DNA from: Selenomonadaceae bacterium
GTDB taxonomy: Bacteria; Bacillota; Clostridia; Oscillospirales; CAG-272
Direction of reading: 5' to 3'
DNA: 64,000 nt
Assembly: GCA_963598415.1 (NCBI GenBank)
Contig: CAVBUH010000073.1
Coordinates: forward strand, 131,669-195,668
Below the pieces are notes generated by a model. The model did not search any database. It saw only the letters and a program-made list of their open reading frames with translations, and was not told where the DNA came from. This document shows positions 18,622 to 28,554 of the stretch, one piece after another (position 1 is the first letter of the stretch; each line of letters opens with the position of its first letter). The position numbers were made by a program, and so were the translations under genes.

Positions 18622-20298
18622 ATGTCTGACTGCTTAAGACTAAAAAAATCAAATTGTAAAAACTGCTATAAATGTATACGTCACTGTCCTGTGAAAGCGA
18701 TACGCTTTTCCGGGAATCAAGCCAATATCATCGGAAACGAGTGTATTCTGTGCGGTCAATGCTTTGTGGTATGTCCGCAGAACGCAAAAGAGATTACCAG
18801 CGAGACCGAAAAGGTTAAGGTGATGATACAGAGCGGCGTTCCGGTGATTGTAAGTCTTGCGCCTTCCTTTGCCGCTGATTATGACGGGGTAGGGATAGAT
18901 AATATGCGAAAGGCGCTGAAAGCGCTGGGATTTACCGATGCTGAGGAAACGGCTGTCGGAGCTACTATCGTAAAAAACGAATACCAGAGAATGTTAAGAG
19001 AAGAACACAGAGATATTTTGATTTCTTCCTGCTGTCATTCCGTTAATCTTCTGATACAGAAGTATTTTCCGTCGGCATTGCCCTATCTTGCCGATACTCT
19101 TTCTCCGATGCAGGCGCATTGCCGTGACATAAAGCGGCGAAATCCCGAGGCGCAGACGGTATTTATCGGACCTTGCGTTGCCAAAAAGGATGAGGCGGAT
19201 TATTACGGAGGCTATACCGACGCGGTACTTACCTTCGAGGAGCTTGCCGAGTGGATGAAGGACGCGGGCGTTGTGCCGGAGCGCGGCAGAGATAACGATG
19301 AAAACAGCCGCGCACGCTTTTTTCCTACAGCCGGGGGTATTCTCAAAACCATGGAAGAACGGCTTCCGGACTATACTTATATTGAGACGGACGGTGTTGA
19401 AAAATGTATCGAAGCACTTCGGGATATTACCGAGGGAAATGTACATAAATGTTTTATAGAAATGTCGGCATGCGTGGGAAGCTGTATCGGCGGACCGGTT
19501 ATGGAAAAATATCATCGTTCTCCCATTGTGAATTATACCTCTATTGCCGCATATGCGGGAAAAAAGGATTTCAAAACAGAGCAGCCGGACGGCGGCGAGC
19601 TTCATAAAATACTCGAACCGATTGAAAGACGGCTTTCTTATCCTTCCGAATCGGAAATACGCGAGGTTCTGCGTCAGATGGGAAAAACAAAGCCGGAGGA
19701 CGAGCTGAACTGCGGCTCCTGCGGTTATGACACCTGTCGGGAAAAGGCAGTTGCCGTATATCACGGCAAGGCGGAAATTTCGATGTGCCTGCCTTATCTG
19801 AAAGAGAAAGCCGAGAGCTTTTCCGATAATATTGTAAATAATTCTCCGAACGGGATCATTGTTCTGAATGACAAGCTGGAGGTTCAGAAAATTAATCCGG
19901 CTGCGATGAAAATAATGAATATCCGTCTTGCCGCCGATGTTCTCGGAGAGCCGGTGGTAAGGATAATGGATCCCAGACCTTTTCTTGATGTTCTTCAAAG
20001 CCGAAAGGGCGCTCCGTCAACGAAAATTTATCTTGCCGAGTACGGTAAATATGCAGAACAGAGCATTGTTTTTGATAATGAATATCATTTGCTTATCTGT
20101 TTGATACGAGATATTACCGAGGAAGAAAATGAGCGCCGCCGGAAAGAGGAAATAAGTGGGCAGACCGCTGAAATTGCAGACCGCGTGGTAGATAAACAGA
20201 TGCGCATTGTGCAGGAAATCGCTTCTCTTCTCGGAGAAACCGCCGCAGAGACAAAGATAGCGCTTACAAAGCTGAAGGAGTCGATCAGAGATGAATAA
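18622..20298 (+). CDS. hydS: sensory [FeFe]-hydrogenase-like protein with C-terminal PAS domain (HydS type)
   Basis: 558 aa. Two 4Fe-4S ferredoxin motifs. H-cluster motifs SSCCH, GPCVAKKDE, EMSACVGSCIGG. Extra Cx2Cx4Cx16C motif (CGSCGYDTC-16-C). PAS-like region (NSPNGIIVLNDKLEVQKINPAAMKIMN...) and a coiled-coil tail. Confidence 0.85.
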   Translation: MSDCLRLKKSNCKNCYKCIRHCPVKAIRFSGNQANIIGNECILCGQCFVVCPQNAKEITSETEKVKVMIQSGVPVIVSLAPSFAADYDGVGIDNMRKALKALGFTDAEETAVGATIVKNEYQRMLREEHRDILISSCCHSVNLLIQKYFPSALPYLADTLSPMQAHCRDIKRRNPEAQTVFIGPCVAKKDEADYYGGYTDAVLTFEELAEWMKDAGVVPERGRDNDENSRARFFPTAGGILKTMEERLPDYTYIETDGVEKCIEALRDITEGNVHKCFIEMSACVGSCIGGPVMEKYHRSPIVNYTSIAAYAGKKDFKTEQPDGGELHKILEPIERRLSYPSESEIREVLRQMGKTKPEDELNCGSCGYDTCREKAVAVYHGKAEISMCLPYLKEKAESFSDNIVNNSPNGIIVLNDKLEVQKINPAAMKIMNIRLAADVLGEPVVRIMDPRPFLDVLQSRKGAPSTKIYLAEYGKYAEQSIVFDNEYHLLICLIRDITEEENERRRKEEISGQTAEIADRVVDKQMRIVQEIASLLGETAAETKIALTKLKESIRDE

Positions 20299-21463
20299 TC
20301 TTTGCGCAGAGGTGGGCTGGAAAAGCATAAATCATGTGGGCGAGGAGCTTTGCGGCGACCATGTCGATATTGTAAGTCAGGGGGAGGATTCACAGGTGAT
20401 TGTCCTTGCCGACGGACTCGGAAGCGGCGTAAAAGCGAGTATTCTCTCTACCCTTACTTCGAAAATAATATCTACTATGATGGCGGAGGGGCTTTCTATT
20501 GAGGATTGCGTTGAGACGATTGCCGCTACACTCCCTATATGCTCGGTGAGGGGAGTAGCGTATTCTACTTTTACGATCATACATCTGATTGATAATGAAT
20601 ATGCAGAGTTGATACAGTACGATAACCCCGGAGTCATTTTAATCCGCGATTATAACAGCTGCGAGTATCCGAAAACCGAGATCAGCGTCGGCGGTAAAAA
20701 AATAATCAGATCCAAAATAAAGCTGAGAGAGAACGACATATTTATAGCAATGAGCGACGGCTGTCCGCATGCCGGGATCGGTACTGCCTATAATTTCGGC
20801 TGGCAGCTTTCTGATATTGCTTCCTTTATGGAGGGAATCGCCTATGCCGGATATACGGCGAAAACGCTTGCTACCATGCTGGTTGACGAATGCAATAAGC
20901 TTTATGGGGAGCGTCCCGGAGACGACGCTACCGCCTGCGTTGTCAAAATCAGAAGGAGGGAACCGATGAATATTCTGTTCGGTCCTCCGTCAAACCGCGA
21001 CGATTGCAATCGTATGATGGCGTTGTTTTTTTCCAAGGAAGGAAAGCATATTGTCTGCGGAGGCACGACAGCGTCGATTGCCGCAAAGTATCTCGGAAAG
21101 CAGGTCAAAACCAGCCTTGCTTTTGAAGATAAGGAAATCCCTCCGATTTCCGAAATTGAGGGTGTTGATCTTGTTACCGAAGGCGTTATTACGGTAAACA
21201 AGGTATTAACCTATGCTAAGGACTATCTTGCCGATAATAAGTCCTATGAGCATTGGGGGTTCAAACGTGACGGTGCATCTCTTATCAGCAGAATGCTGTT
21301 TGAGGAGGCAACCGATATCAACTTTTATGTCGGCAGAGCGGTTAATCCGGCACATCAGAATCCGGATTTGCCGATTAATTTCAATATTAAAATGAATCTT
21401 GTTGAAGCGCTTTCGGAATGTCTGACCAAAATGGGAAAAAGGATAAAGGTCAGTTATTTCTGA
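20291..21463 (+). CDS. PP2C/SpoIIE-family serine phosphatase with unknown C-terminal domain
   Basis: 390 aa. GDHVDIV...VLADGLGSGVKASI...AMSDGCPHAG...GDDATACVVKI. 8-nt overlap with hydS. About 170 aa C-terminal extension without a recognised family. Confidence 0.85.
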   Translation: MNNLCAEVGWKSINHVGEELCGDHVDIVSQGEDSQVIVLADGLGSGVKASILSTLTSKIISTMMAEGLSIEDCVETIAATLPICSVRGVAYSTFTIIHLIDNEYAELIQYDNPGVILIRDYNSCEYPKTEISVGGKKIIRSKIKLRENDIFIAMSDGCPHAGIGTAYNFGWQLSDIASFMEGIAYAGYTAKTLATMLVDECNKLYGERPGDDATACVVKIRRREPMNILFGPPSNRDDCNRMMALFFSKEGKHIVCGGTTASIAAKYLGKQVKTSLAFEDKEIPPISEIEGVDLVTEGVITVNKVLTYAKDYLADNKSYEHWGFKRDGASLISRMLFEEATDINFYVGRAVNPAHQNPDLPINFNIKMNLVEALSECLTKMGKRIKVSYF

Positions 21464-21499
21464 TTGCGTACGATATCTATAGGAAAGGCTGTCAATCCC

Positions 21500-22924
21500 A
21501 TGAGAAAATTTGATACGAAGGTACAGCATCTGAAATATAAGGTGCTCCGCGAGGTAGCACGCCATGCGTGGAACGGAACACTTTTTGAAAATATGACGGA
21601 TATTCCGAAGCAGATTGTTCCCGGCAATGTTCCGACCATGCGATGCTGCGTTTATAAAGAAAGAGCCATTCTCTCGGAGCGGGTAAAGCTGGCGATAGGC
21701 GGAGATACCTCCAATCCGAACGTCATAGAGGTCATTGAAATTGCCTGTGACGAGTGTCCTGTCGGAGGATATGAGGTGACAAATGCCTGCCGCGGCTGTC
21801 TTGCGCATCGGTGTGAGGATGTCTGCAAGCGGGGTGCTATCAGCTTTGATCATCAGCAAAAGGCTCATATTGACAAGAGTAAGTGCGTGGAGTGCGGCGC
21901 TTGCGCGAAGGTATGCCCCTATACGGCGATTATGAATTATAAACGCCCCTGTGAAAATGCCTGCAAAGTAAAGGCAATCTCTATGAGTGAGACAAAGGCG
22001 GCAAAAATCGACAATAACAAGTGCATTTCCTGCGGCGCCTGCGTTTATCAATGCCCCTTTGGAGCTATCTCCGACAAATCCTTTATTTTGAATGTGATTG
22101 ATCTGATCAAAAAAAGCGAAAATAATTCCGAATATAAGGTGTATGCCGTTGTGGCGCCGTCAATATCAAGTCAGTTTACCTATGCAAAGCTCGGTCAGGT
22201 AATAAGCGGAATCAAGGCGCTCGGTTTTCATACTGTTGTTGAGGCGGCGCTCGGCGCCGATATGGTAGCCGACGCCGAATCGAGAGAGCTTGTTGAAAAG
22301 GGTGTTCTCACAAGCTCCTGCTGTCCTGCTTTCGTTGATTATATAGAAAAGCAGTTCCCTCAGCTGAAAAATTATGTATCGCATAATCTCTCGCCGATGG
22401 CTACGATTGCAAAGTACATAAAGAGTCAGGACTCTTCTGCAAAAGTAGTGTTTATAGGTCCCTGTACAGCAAAGAAAATGGAGTTTCAGAAACCGGAGGT
22501 TCACAAGTATATCGATATAGCTATGACATTTGAGGAGCTTCAGGCACTTTTTGACAGCAGAGATCTCGATATTACCTCAATGGAGGAGGGCGTACTTGAC
22601 AATGCTTCCTACTTCGGAAGAATTTTTGCGCGCTGCGGCGGGCTTGCCGACGCGGTGCGGGAGGGACTTAAGGAGCACGGGAACGAAGATTTTGAATTGA
22701 GAGCCATTTCCTGTGACGGCATTGAAGAGTGCCGTACCGCACTTCTCAAGCTCTCGAAAAAAGTCGGAAATACCAATTTCATTGAGGGTATGGCTTGTGT
22801 CGGCGGCTGTATAGGTGGCGCCGGGTGTCTTACTCACGGTGAAAAGAACAAGGCAGAAGTTGATAAGTATGGAAAAGAAGCTTATGAAAAAACGATTGCA
22901 GACGCGATTTCCGTTTTGAAATAG
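21500..22924 (+). CDS. hydA: catalytic [FeFe]-hydrogenase
   Basis: Complete H-cluster motifs TSSCCPAF, GPCTAKKME, EGMACVGGCIGGAG, plus two 4Fe-4S ferredoxin motifs. Start set at ATG 21500 after AGGAAAGG. Confidence 0.88.
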   Translation: MRKFDTKVQHLKYKVLREVARHAWNGTLFENMTDIPKQIVPGNVPTMRCCVYKERAILSERVKLAIGGDTSNPNVIEVIEIACDECPVGGYEVTNACRGCLAHRCEDVCKRGAISFDHQQKAHIDKSKCVECGACAKVCPYTAIMNYKRPCENACKVKAISMSETKAAKIDNNKCISCGACVYQCPFGAISDKSFILNVIDLIKKSENNSEYKVYAVVAPSISSQFTYAKLGQVISGIKALGFHTVVEAALGADMVADAESRELVEKGVLTSSCCPAFVDYIEKQFPQLKNYVSHNLSPMATIAKYIKSQDSSAKVVFIGPCTAKKMEFQKPEVHKYIDIAMTFEELQALFDSRDLDITSMEEGVLDNASYFGRIFARCGGLADAVREGLKEHGNEDFELRAISCDGIEECRTALLKLSKKVGNTNFIEGMACVGGCIGGAGCLTHGEKNKAEVDKYGKEAYEKTIADAISVLK

Positions 22925-22974
22925 TAAAGCACTTATAATTGAATTTGACAAAACGGGTTTTGGATGAAATAAGA

Positions 22975-23022
22975 AGATGAACTATCATCGCTATTGCAGG
23001 CGATAGTTCATCTTTCTGTTTT
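22975..23022. terminator. bidirectional terminator between hydA and the DapA-family gene
   Basis: 12-bp stem AGATGAACTATC/GATAGTTCATCT followed by TTCTGTTTTT. Confidence 0.7.
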
Positions 23023-24005
23023 TATAAGATTGGTGTTTGATCTTTGATTGACGGGTTTAAAAAGATTTCCTCTGCTTTCTTTGATATTTTTGCATATTGG
23101 TCGGCAGTCAGCCGCATGTATTCTGTAAAATCTTCGGTGGGGCGGCAGCGGCAATGGATTGAAATCGGAAGCTGTTCATACCGATTCAGGTAGTATTTTG
23201 CACAGCAAGGATAGGCAAGAAGCGCAAAATCGGAGGCGGAACCGAGGTAGGATTGAAGCAGTGCGGCTTTTTCGGAGTTGTAATTCGTGTTTATCAGTTC
23301 TGAATAGAGTTTGGGATGAATGTTTCCCATAACACCGCTGAAGCCACTTGCACCGAGGCGAAGCGAATATAACAGCGTTGTGCTGTTCGCATTAAAAAGA
23401 CACATTCCGCTTTCCCGTATAATGTTAAGTCTTGCCGCAAGCATCTTCTCATCGCAGCAGGTATCCTTGATAAAGAGAAAACGATTGGTCGCTGCGCACC
23501 ATTTCAGCATATTTTCGTTTAAAAGCCGTTTATACGGTTCCGGACTTTCATATAGCCCGAGCGGTATGGCGGAGGGAAGACGGGAGATCAGTTTTTCGGT
23601 ATCTGAAATCCATTTTTTATCTCCGGTTTCCGCGATATCCATACGGTTCGTAACGAGAATCAGAGCGTCAGGTTCTGCGGCTGCTATTCCGTTAAGTTCT
23701 GCGACCTGCTCATCAAAATGATTGGAAACATGACCTGAGGCGACTATTTTCATTTTTCTTCCCGAGCTATCGAGGCCTTCCAATCGGTTTCTTTCCGATA
23801 TAACGGCTTGAACGAGTTTGGTTCTTTCTTCGGAAGTGAGATGACGGATTTCGCTTGATTGGCAGGCGGCAAAAATACCGTCGCATCCCTGTTTCCAATA
23901 CCATTCGGTAAGCTTTTTGACTCCTTCATAGTCAATTTTTCCGTCAGAACAATACGGTGTGATCATTGTCGGATATACGCCGCGGCATTCGGATTTGGTC
24001 AACAT
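23022..24005 (-). CDS. dihydrodipicolinate synthase/N-acetylneuraminate lyase family protein
   Basis: 327 aa. N-terminal GVYPTMITPY...DGKIDYEGVKKL pattern typical of DapA/NanA-family aldolases. Confidence 0.8.
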   Translation of the reverse strand: MLTKSECRGVYPTMITPYCSDGKIDYEGVKKLTEWYWKQGCDGIFAACQSSEIRHLTSEERTKLVQAVISERNRLEGLDSSGRKMKIVASGHVSNHFDEQVAELNGIAAAEPDALILVTNRMDIAETGDKKWISDTEKLISRLPSAIPLGLYESPEPYKRLLNENMLKWCAATNRFLFIKDTCCDEKMLAARLNIIRESGMCLFNANSTTLLYSLRLGASGFSGVMGNIHPKLYSELINTNYNSEKAALLQSYLGSASDFALLAYPCCAKYYLNRYEQLPISIHCRCRPTEDFTEYMRLTADQYAKISKKAEEIFLNPSIKDQTPIL

Positions 24006-24258
24006 GTTAAATAGGATGTTTCCTTTCTGTTTGGCAGTTATGATTTATTTTCCGAGGTTCTTCTCTGCCATTTTTTCATATTTCTCCATAAGGGAATTGA
24101 AACTTGTTTCCACTTCAAGCGTTAATTCCTTCTTCTTTTTTTCAATTATATCTTGACTAAAACTGTATTTCAATGCTTTTTTAGGACATTAACTTGAATA
24201 AAAAGGACAAAATATGATATTTGCCGGATATTTGCAAAAAATATCGGTGTATTACTTC

Positions 24259-24287
24259 TTGACATTATTGTAAATGTTTAATATAAT
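24259..24287 (+). promoter_or_regulatory. sigma-A promoter for the AraC-family gene
   Basis: Perfect TTGACA-17 nt-TATAAT. Confidence 0.65.
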
Positions 24288-24441
24288 ATCTTAAATATAG
24301 TGATTGCAGTAAAAATGCGACGGCGCTTTTCCAAAGGGTTTGGGGATTATGCGGCGCTTAACGAAAAAAGATAAACCCATATTTTCGTGTCGATATTATG
24401 CAGTATCCCCTAAAATGCAACAGTCGAGGGAGGTTGTGCAA

Positions 24442-25326
24442 ATGGAATCGGGTTTTGATGAAAATGAGATGCGGCAGACACAACGACTTAATTATATTTC
24501 ATCTTTTTCCATATCTTATCCGTTGGAGACGGAACTTCGGTATTTCAAAAAACATTTACGCGGAATCAATTACTTCGAGCTTCGTCATTACCCGCATAGT
24601 CATCCTTTTTTTGAGCTTCATTTTCCCGACGGGGAGAGCATGAATATGATAATAGAAGGAGAAAACGTTACCGTTCCGGCAGAGGGCGGAATCCTGATTT
24701 TTCCCGATTGTATTCATTATTGGGATGAGAACAATACTGCATCGCGTCATTTCTCGATTGCCTTTACCGTGAAAAACCAATCGGTAGAATCTTATATAAT
24801 GGAGCTAAAATCGGATATGAATTATATTCTTTATGGGAAAACCGAGGTTGTGAGCTTTGTTCTCTCATATGCTCTCCGCGCGATGGATAACGATTATAAT
24901 ACAAGAGTGTCGCTTCTCAAAAGTCTTACTTCGATATTTATGAATGAAATCATACAGGATTTCAATTCACGCAGCAAACATAAGGTTACTGAGATTTCCA
25001 AGCCGTCACGGACAGCGCTTGCAAAGAAATATATTGCGGAAAATGTCCGATCGGGACTCAGTGTATCAGAGGTTTCACGAAAGCTTCACCTTAGCGAGAA
25101 ACAGTTAAACCGCCTTTTTGTTAAGAATGAGGGAATTTCAGTTTCACAGTATATCAGAAACAGACTATGCGAGGAAGCGGAGGCACAGCTTTTGCGCCAG
25201 GAACAAACGGTGAAAGAGATAAGCTACGAGTTGGGATTCTCGAGTGCAAGCTCTTTCTCTAAGTTTTTTAAGCTTCATAAAGGGCTTAGCCCGACGGAAT
25301 TTCGTTTGAAGTGTAACGAGAATTGA
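24442..25326 (+). CDS. AraC family transcriptional regulator
   Basis: Cupin-like N-terminal half, C-terminal double HTH (SEVSRKLHLSEKQLNRLF ... ISYELGFSSASSFSKFFK). Start at ATG 24442 after GAGGGAGG. Confidence 0.85.
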   Translation: MESGFDENEMRQTQRLNYISSFSISYPLETELRYFKKHLRGINYFELRHYPHSHPFFELHFPDGESMNMIIEGENVTVPAEGGILIFPDCIHYWDENNTASRHFSIAFTVKNQSVESYIMELKSDMNYILYGKTEVVSFVLSYALRAMDNDYNTRVSLLKSLTSIFMNEIIQDFNSRSKHKVTEISKPSRTALAKKYIAENVRSGLSVSEVSRKLHLSEKQLNRLFVKNEGISVSQYIRNRLCEEAEAQLLRQEQTVKEISYELGFSSASSFSKFFKLHKGLSPTEFRLKCNEN

Positions 25327-25561
25327 ATGAAATGTTTCGGATTCATTTTCTTCTTATCGTTAGATCACTATAAAAGTATACCAATTAGAAATAATATGTC
25401 CTAAAATGTCAAGAGGATGTCCTGAAATACCATGGACATCCTTTTTGTTATATGATAAAGTTATAAAAAAGAAGGCGAATCGGATGCTTGCCAAAGAAGA
25501 AAAGTTAATCGTGAAACCGGGATTTGTCTTCTCCAATATCCTCTCAGAAAGGATGGGAATC

Positions 25562-28324
25562 ATGATATTCTCAAAAAACATTTCTTTTAGTGGAACTGCT
25601 GTGATACGAAACTCACTTCTGTTTCTGTTATCTCTTTTCTGCTTCTGTTCATGTCAGAGCGGTTCCGAACAAAGTAAGGAGAGCGAAATAATAAAACCTG
25701 TTTCCTATATCTCATTAAGTGACTATGTCCTTGTTTGTCCCGAAAATGCCGATGCCTCTCTCAATCGCCTGTGCCTTGATATTCGCGATGCGGTGGAGGC
25801 GGAGACGAAGGTTAAGTTACTTTACAAGGATGATTTTATTAAGAATGGTGACGATAGTGAGATTGAAGGAAAAGAGATTCTTGTCGGAAATACGTCACGC
25901 AAGGAAAGCGATGAAGCGCTTAAAGAGCTTTCTTGCGCCCTTGACTATCGTATCTGTGTCATGGGTGACAAAATCGTGATCGTCGGTGGTTCAGAAGTTG
26001 CACTTCATGAAGCTATTTCTGATTTTATTCAAAATATTATTCAAGGAGAAAATGCTATGATTCCTGAAAATTATGACAAGCTGTACCGCTTTAATCGAGA
26101 GGAATATCTTGAGGTACTTAATCCGGTTCTTTCTTTTGATTTTAATGCTATTGAGAATAAGTGCGTAAAATCAAGCGACGGTATAGTTGAGGCAAGACTT
26201 ATCAATGCCTTGATCGAAGGTGGTTATTCCGGTACGGCTCCCCGTTTCCAATACAGTAAGAAGGGAGGAGCGGTTATGGAGCCGGGTACAATCGCCTCCC
26301 TTTGGGAAGGAAAGACAGGATATTCGGTTTCTATGTGGTTAATGCCCTATCAGTCGATTGATGCCACTATCCATTACCGTCTGCTTTCAGTATACGGCGA
26401 GCGCTCTAAGGAAATCCTTGCGATAGAATACAGTAGTCCGACTGTCTATGTTACCGTCCGCGATTCGGGGGATAAAGAAGCACAAAAGCTTTCTTTTACT
26501 TACAATCTGGATACCGCAGTTCCTCCTTTTAATGCTACGCATACCAACGACGGTGTTTGGCAGCTTCTAACCGTGACGGTTGATCGTGCCGGTAACGGTG
26601 TTAGGCTATATATCAACGGCATCGAGATTGCCGCCTTCGGTGATAAGATTGTTTTTGAAACAGATGCTCTTCCTGAACAAAGCAAAATAGTAGTTGGGGA
26701 TTGTATCGGCGGTGATGGTGAAACCTCTTCCCGTAGTTTCAATGGCGTTATCGATGATGTTATGTTCTTTGATCGTGCCCTCAGCGCTTCCGATGTCTAT
26801 GCACTTTATCTAACCTATGGTGAAAGCGAAACGCGTTCGATAACCGAAGATCAAGCCTTCCTTGATGCTATGATAGAAAAACTCGGTTCTAGTTTGGCCG
26901 TTAAAGCGGAAACATCGAATGTTATCTATTTAGGCCGAGTGGTTAAGGCGGATGTTACCGATTACTCGATTAAGAATACTGTAATCGACGACAAATTGTA
27001 TTTGCCCTCGAATCTCTGTGAACGGTACTTCGGAATCGTTGACGGGACTACGCTGACAATAGGGGAGACAAAGGTTGTCGGAAAGATGGTTAATACTGTG
27101 GCCTATTTCTCCGCTGTTGATATTTGCACAGCAATGGGATGGAACTATATCGATCAGGTGAGTACAAACGGTATGTTCTTACTGCTTGCTCCCGATTCCA
27201 ACATCGATGCCGACGCTGATACTGCTTATATTACTCGTATGATCCCTTTCTGTGAGGTCGGTGAGGATGAACCAACCATAACCGTGGAACAGACTCGTGT
27301 TGTTATCGCGGATTCGGATACTAAAGGAGGCAACTATACCTACAGTCCCTCAATCGTACATGTCGGTAACGCACTTTACGCCTCTCGCGACATCTCTTGT
27401 CTCTATACCGAAATTTTTCGCTCAGAAGATGAAGGTAAGACATGGAATTATGTCGGAAAGGTAGAAGGTATGTGGTGGGCAACCATTTTTGAAAATAACG
27501 GCGAACTGTATCTGATTGGACGTTATACGAGCGGCGGAATTTCCGGATCAGGTCCTCATTATATTGGCGTTACCAAGAGTACTGACGGCGGTGTGACCTG
27601 GAGCGATATCGATGCAACGAAGGGCGGCATCAGTTATGATGGCGGTAGAGGAGTTCATTGTGCACCAACACCGGTCCTTAAGCTGAATGGAAAAATTTAT
27701 CGTGTTTTTGAATCGACTTCGGGTGGGAATCGTGAATTTATCATTAGTGCCGATGAGAACAGCGATCTTCTTAATCCGAACAGTTGGACAATTTCTCAAT
27801 ACTTTAGTGGCTACGGCTTTCCGAATGAAGGTAATGCTGTTATGGGGCCTGACGGCAACGTTTGGATTCTGGCACGCTACACGGCAAATAATGCTTTTCT
27901 TATGCGACTGCTTGAGGATGGTAGGGTTGTCGGTTACAATGGTGACGGTTCCGCTTCCTTGATTGATTTTCCGAGTACTGCAAATAAGTTCACTTGTCGC
28001 TATGACGAAAAAACAGGCAAGTATATCGCACTTACCTGCCCACAGATGGATGTTAATTGTTACTATCAGCGCAATTACGCAGCACTTTGTGTCTCAGATG
28101 ATCTTATCCACTGGGAACTGAAAGAGATTCTTCTTTGCGACCGTGAAATTTGCAATGACACCGTATCGGTTGCCCAACACGCCTTCCAATATATTGATTG
28201 GATATTTGATGGTGATGATATTCTCTTTGTAGTACGTGAATCGGCAGAGGATGCCGCGAACTTCCATGACAGCAACTATTTGACACTTTACAGGATCGCG
28301 GAATACGCCAATCTTGTTAAGTAA
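25562..28324 (+). CDS. secreted/lipid-anchored LamG-domain plus BNR (sialidase-like beta-propeller) protein
   Basis: Signal peptide ending LFCFCSC. LamG-type signature NGVIDDVMFFDRALSASDVYALY. Two Asp-boxes, SEDEGKTW and STDGGVTW, in the C-terminal half. Confidence 0.75.
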   Translation: MIFSKNISFSGTAVIRNSLLFLLSLFCFCSCQSGSEQSKESEIIKPVSYISLSDYVLVCPENADASLNRLCLDIRDAVEAETKVKLLYKDDFIKNGDDSEIEGKEILVGNTSRKESDEALKELSCALDYRICVMGDKIVIVGGSEVALHEAISDFIQNIIQGENAMIPENYDKLYRFNREEYLEVLNPVLSFDFNAIENKCVKSSDGIVEARLINALIEGGYSGTAPRFQYSKKGGAVMEPGTIASLWEGKTGYSVSMWLMPYQSIDATIHYRLLSVYGERSKEILAIEYSSPTVYVTVRDSGDKEAQKLSFTYNLDTAVPPFNATHTNDGVWQLLTVTVDRAGNGVRLYINGIEIAAFGDKIVFETDALPEQSKIVVGDCIGGDGETSSRSFNGVIDDVMFFDRALSASDVYALYLTYGESETRSITEDQAFLDAMIEKLGSSLAVKAETSNVIYLGRVVKADVTDYSIKNTVIDDKLYLPSNLCERYFGIVDGTTLTIGETKVVGKMVNTVAYFSAVDICTAMGWNYIDQVSTNGMFLLLAPDSNIDADADTAYITRMIPFCEVGEDEPTITVEQTRVVIADSDTKGGNYTYSPSIVHVGNALYASRDISCLYTEIFRSEDEGKTWNYVGKVEGMWWATIFENNGELYLIGRYTSGGISGSGPHYIGVTKSTDGGVTWSDIDATKGGISYDGGRGVHCAPTPVLKLNGKIYRVFESTSGGNREFIISADENSDLLNPNSWTISQYFSGYGFPNEGNAVMGPDGNVWILARYTANNAFLMRLLEDGRVVGYNGDGSASLIDFPSTANKFTCRYDEKTGKYIALTCPQMDVNCYYQRNYAALCVSDDLIHWELKEILLCDREICNDTVSVAQHAFQYIDWIFDGDDILFVVRESAEDAANFHDSNYLTLYRIAEYANLVK

Positions 28325-28521
28325 AGGCACCCCCCTAAAAGTGCAGGGATAACTATGTCAAAAATTGGTGATGACGACCAATTTTGGAGGCTTTCAAGCC
28401 TCATATATAACGATTTTTTGGCGTGGGTGCGTTTCAACACTCAAAAATCGTAAAAGTTTGCATTTGAAACGCAAAATCTAAGTTCGGAAATCAATTTTTT
28501 GAGGTTTCCAAAATAAAAAAT

Positions 28522-28538
28522 TTGTGGCACTGCCACAA
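28522..28538. promoter_or_regulatory. 8-1-8 perfect palindrome (candidate operator)
   Basis: TTGTGGCA-C-TGCCACAA, located 5 nt upstream of the RBS of 28555..29451. Confidence 0.4.
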
Positions 28539-28554
28539 GAAAGAGGTATTTACC

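Noticed and set aside
28525-28540. Sigma-54 promoter suggested by TGGCAC
   Set aside because: The -12 element (TTGC at the correct 5-nt spacing) is absent. The TGGCAC is simply one arm of the 8-1-8 palindrome.
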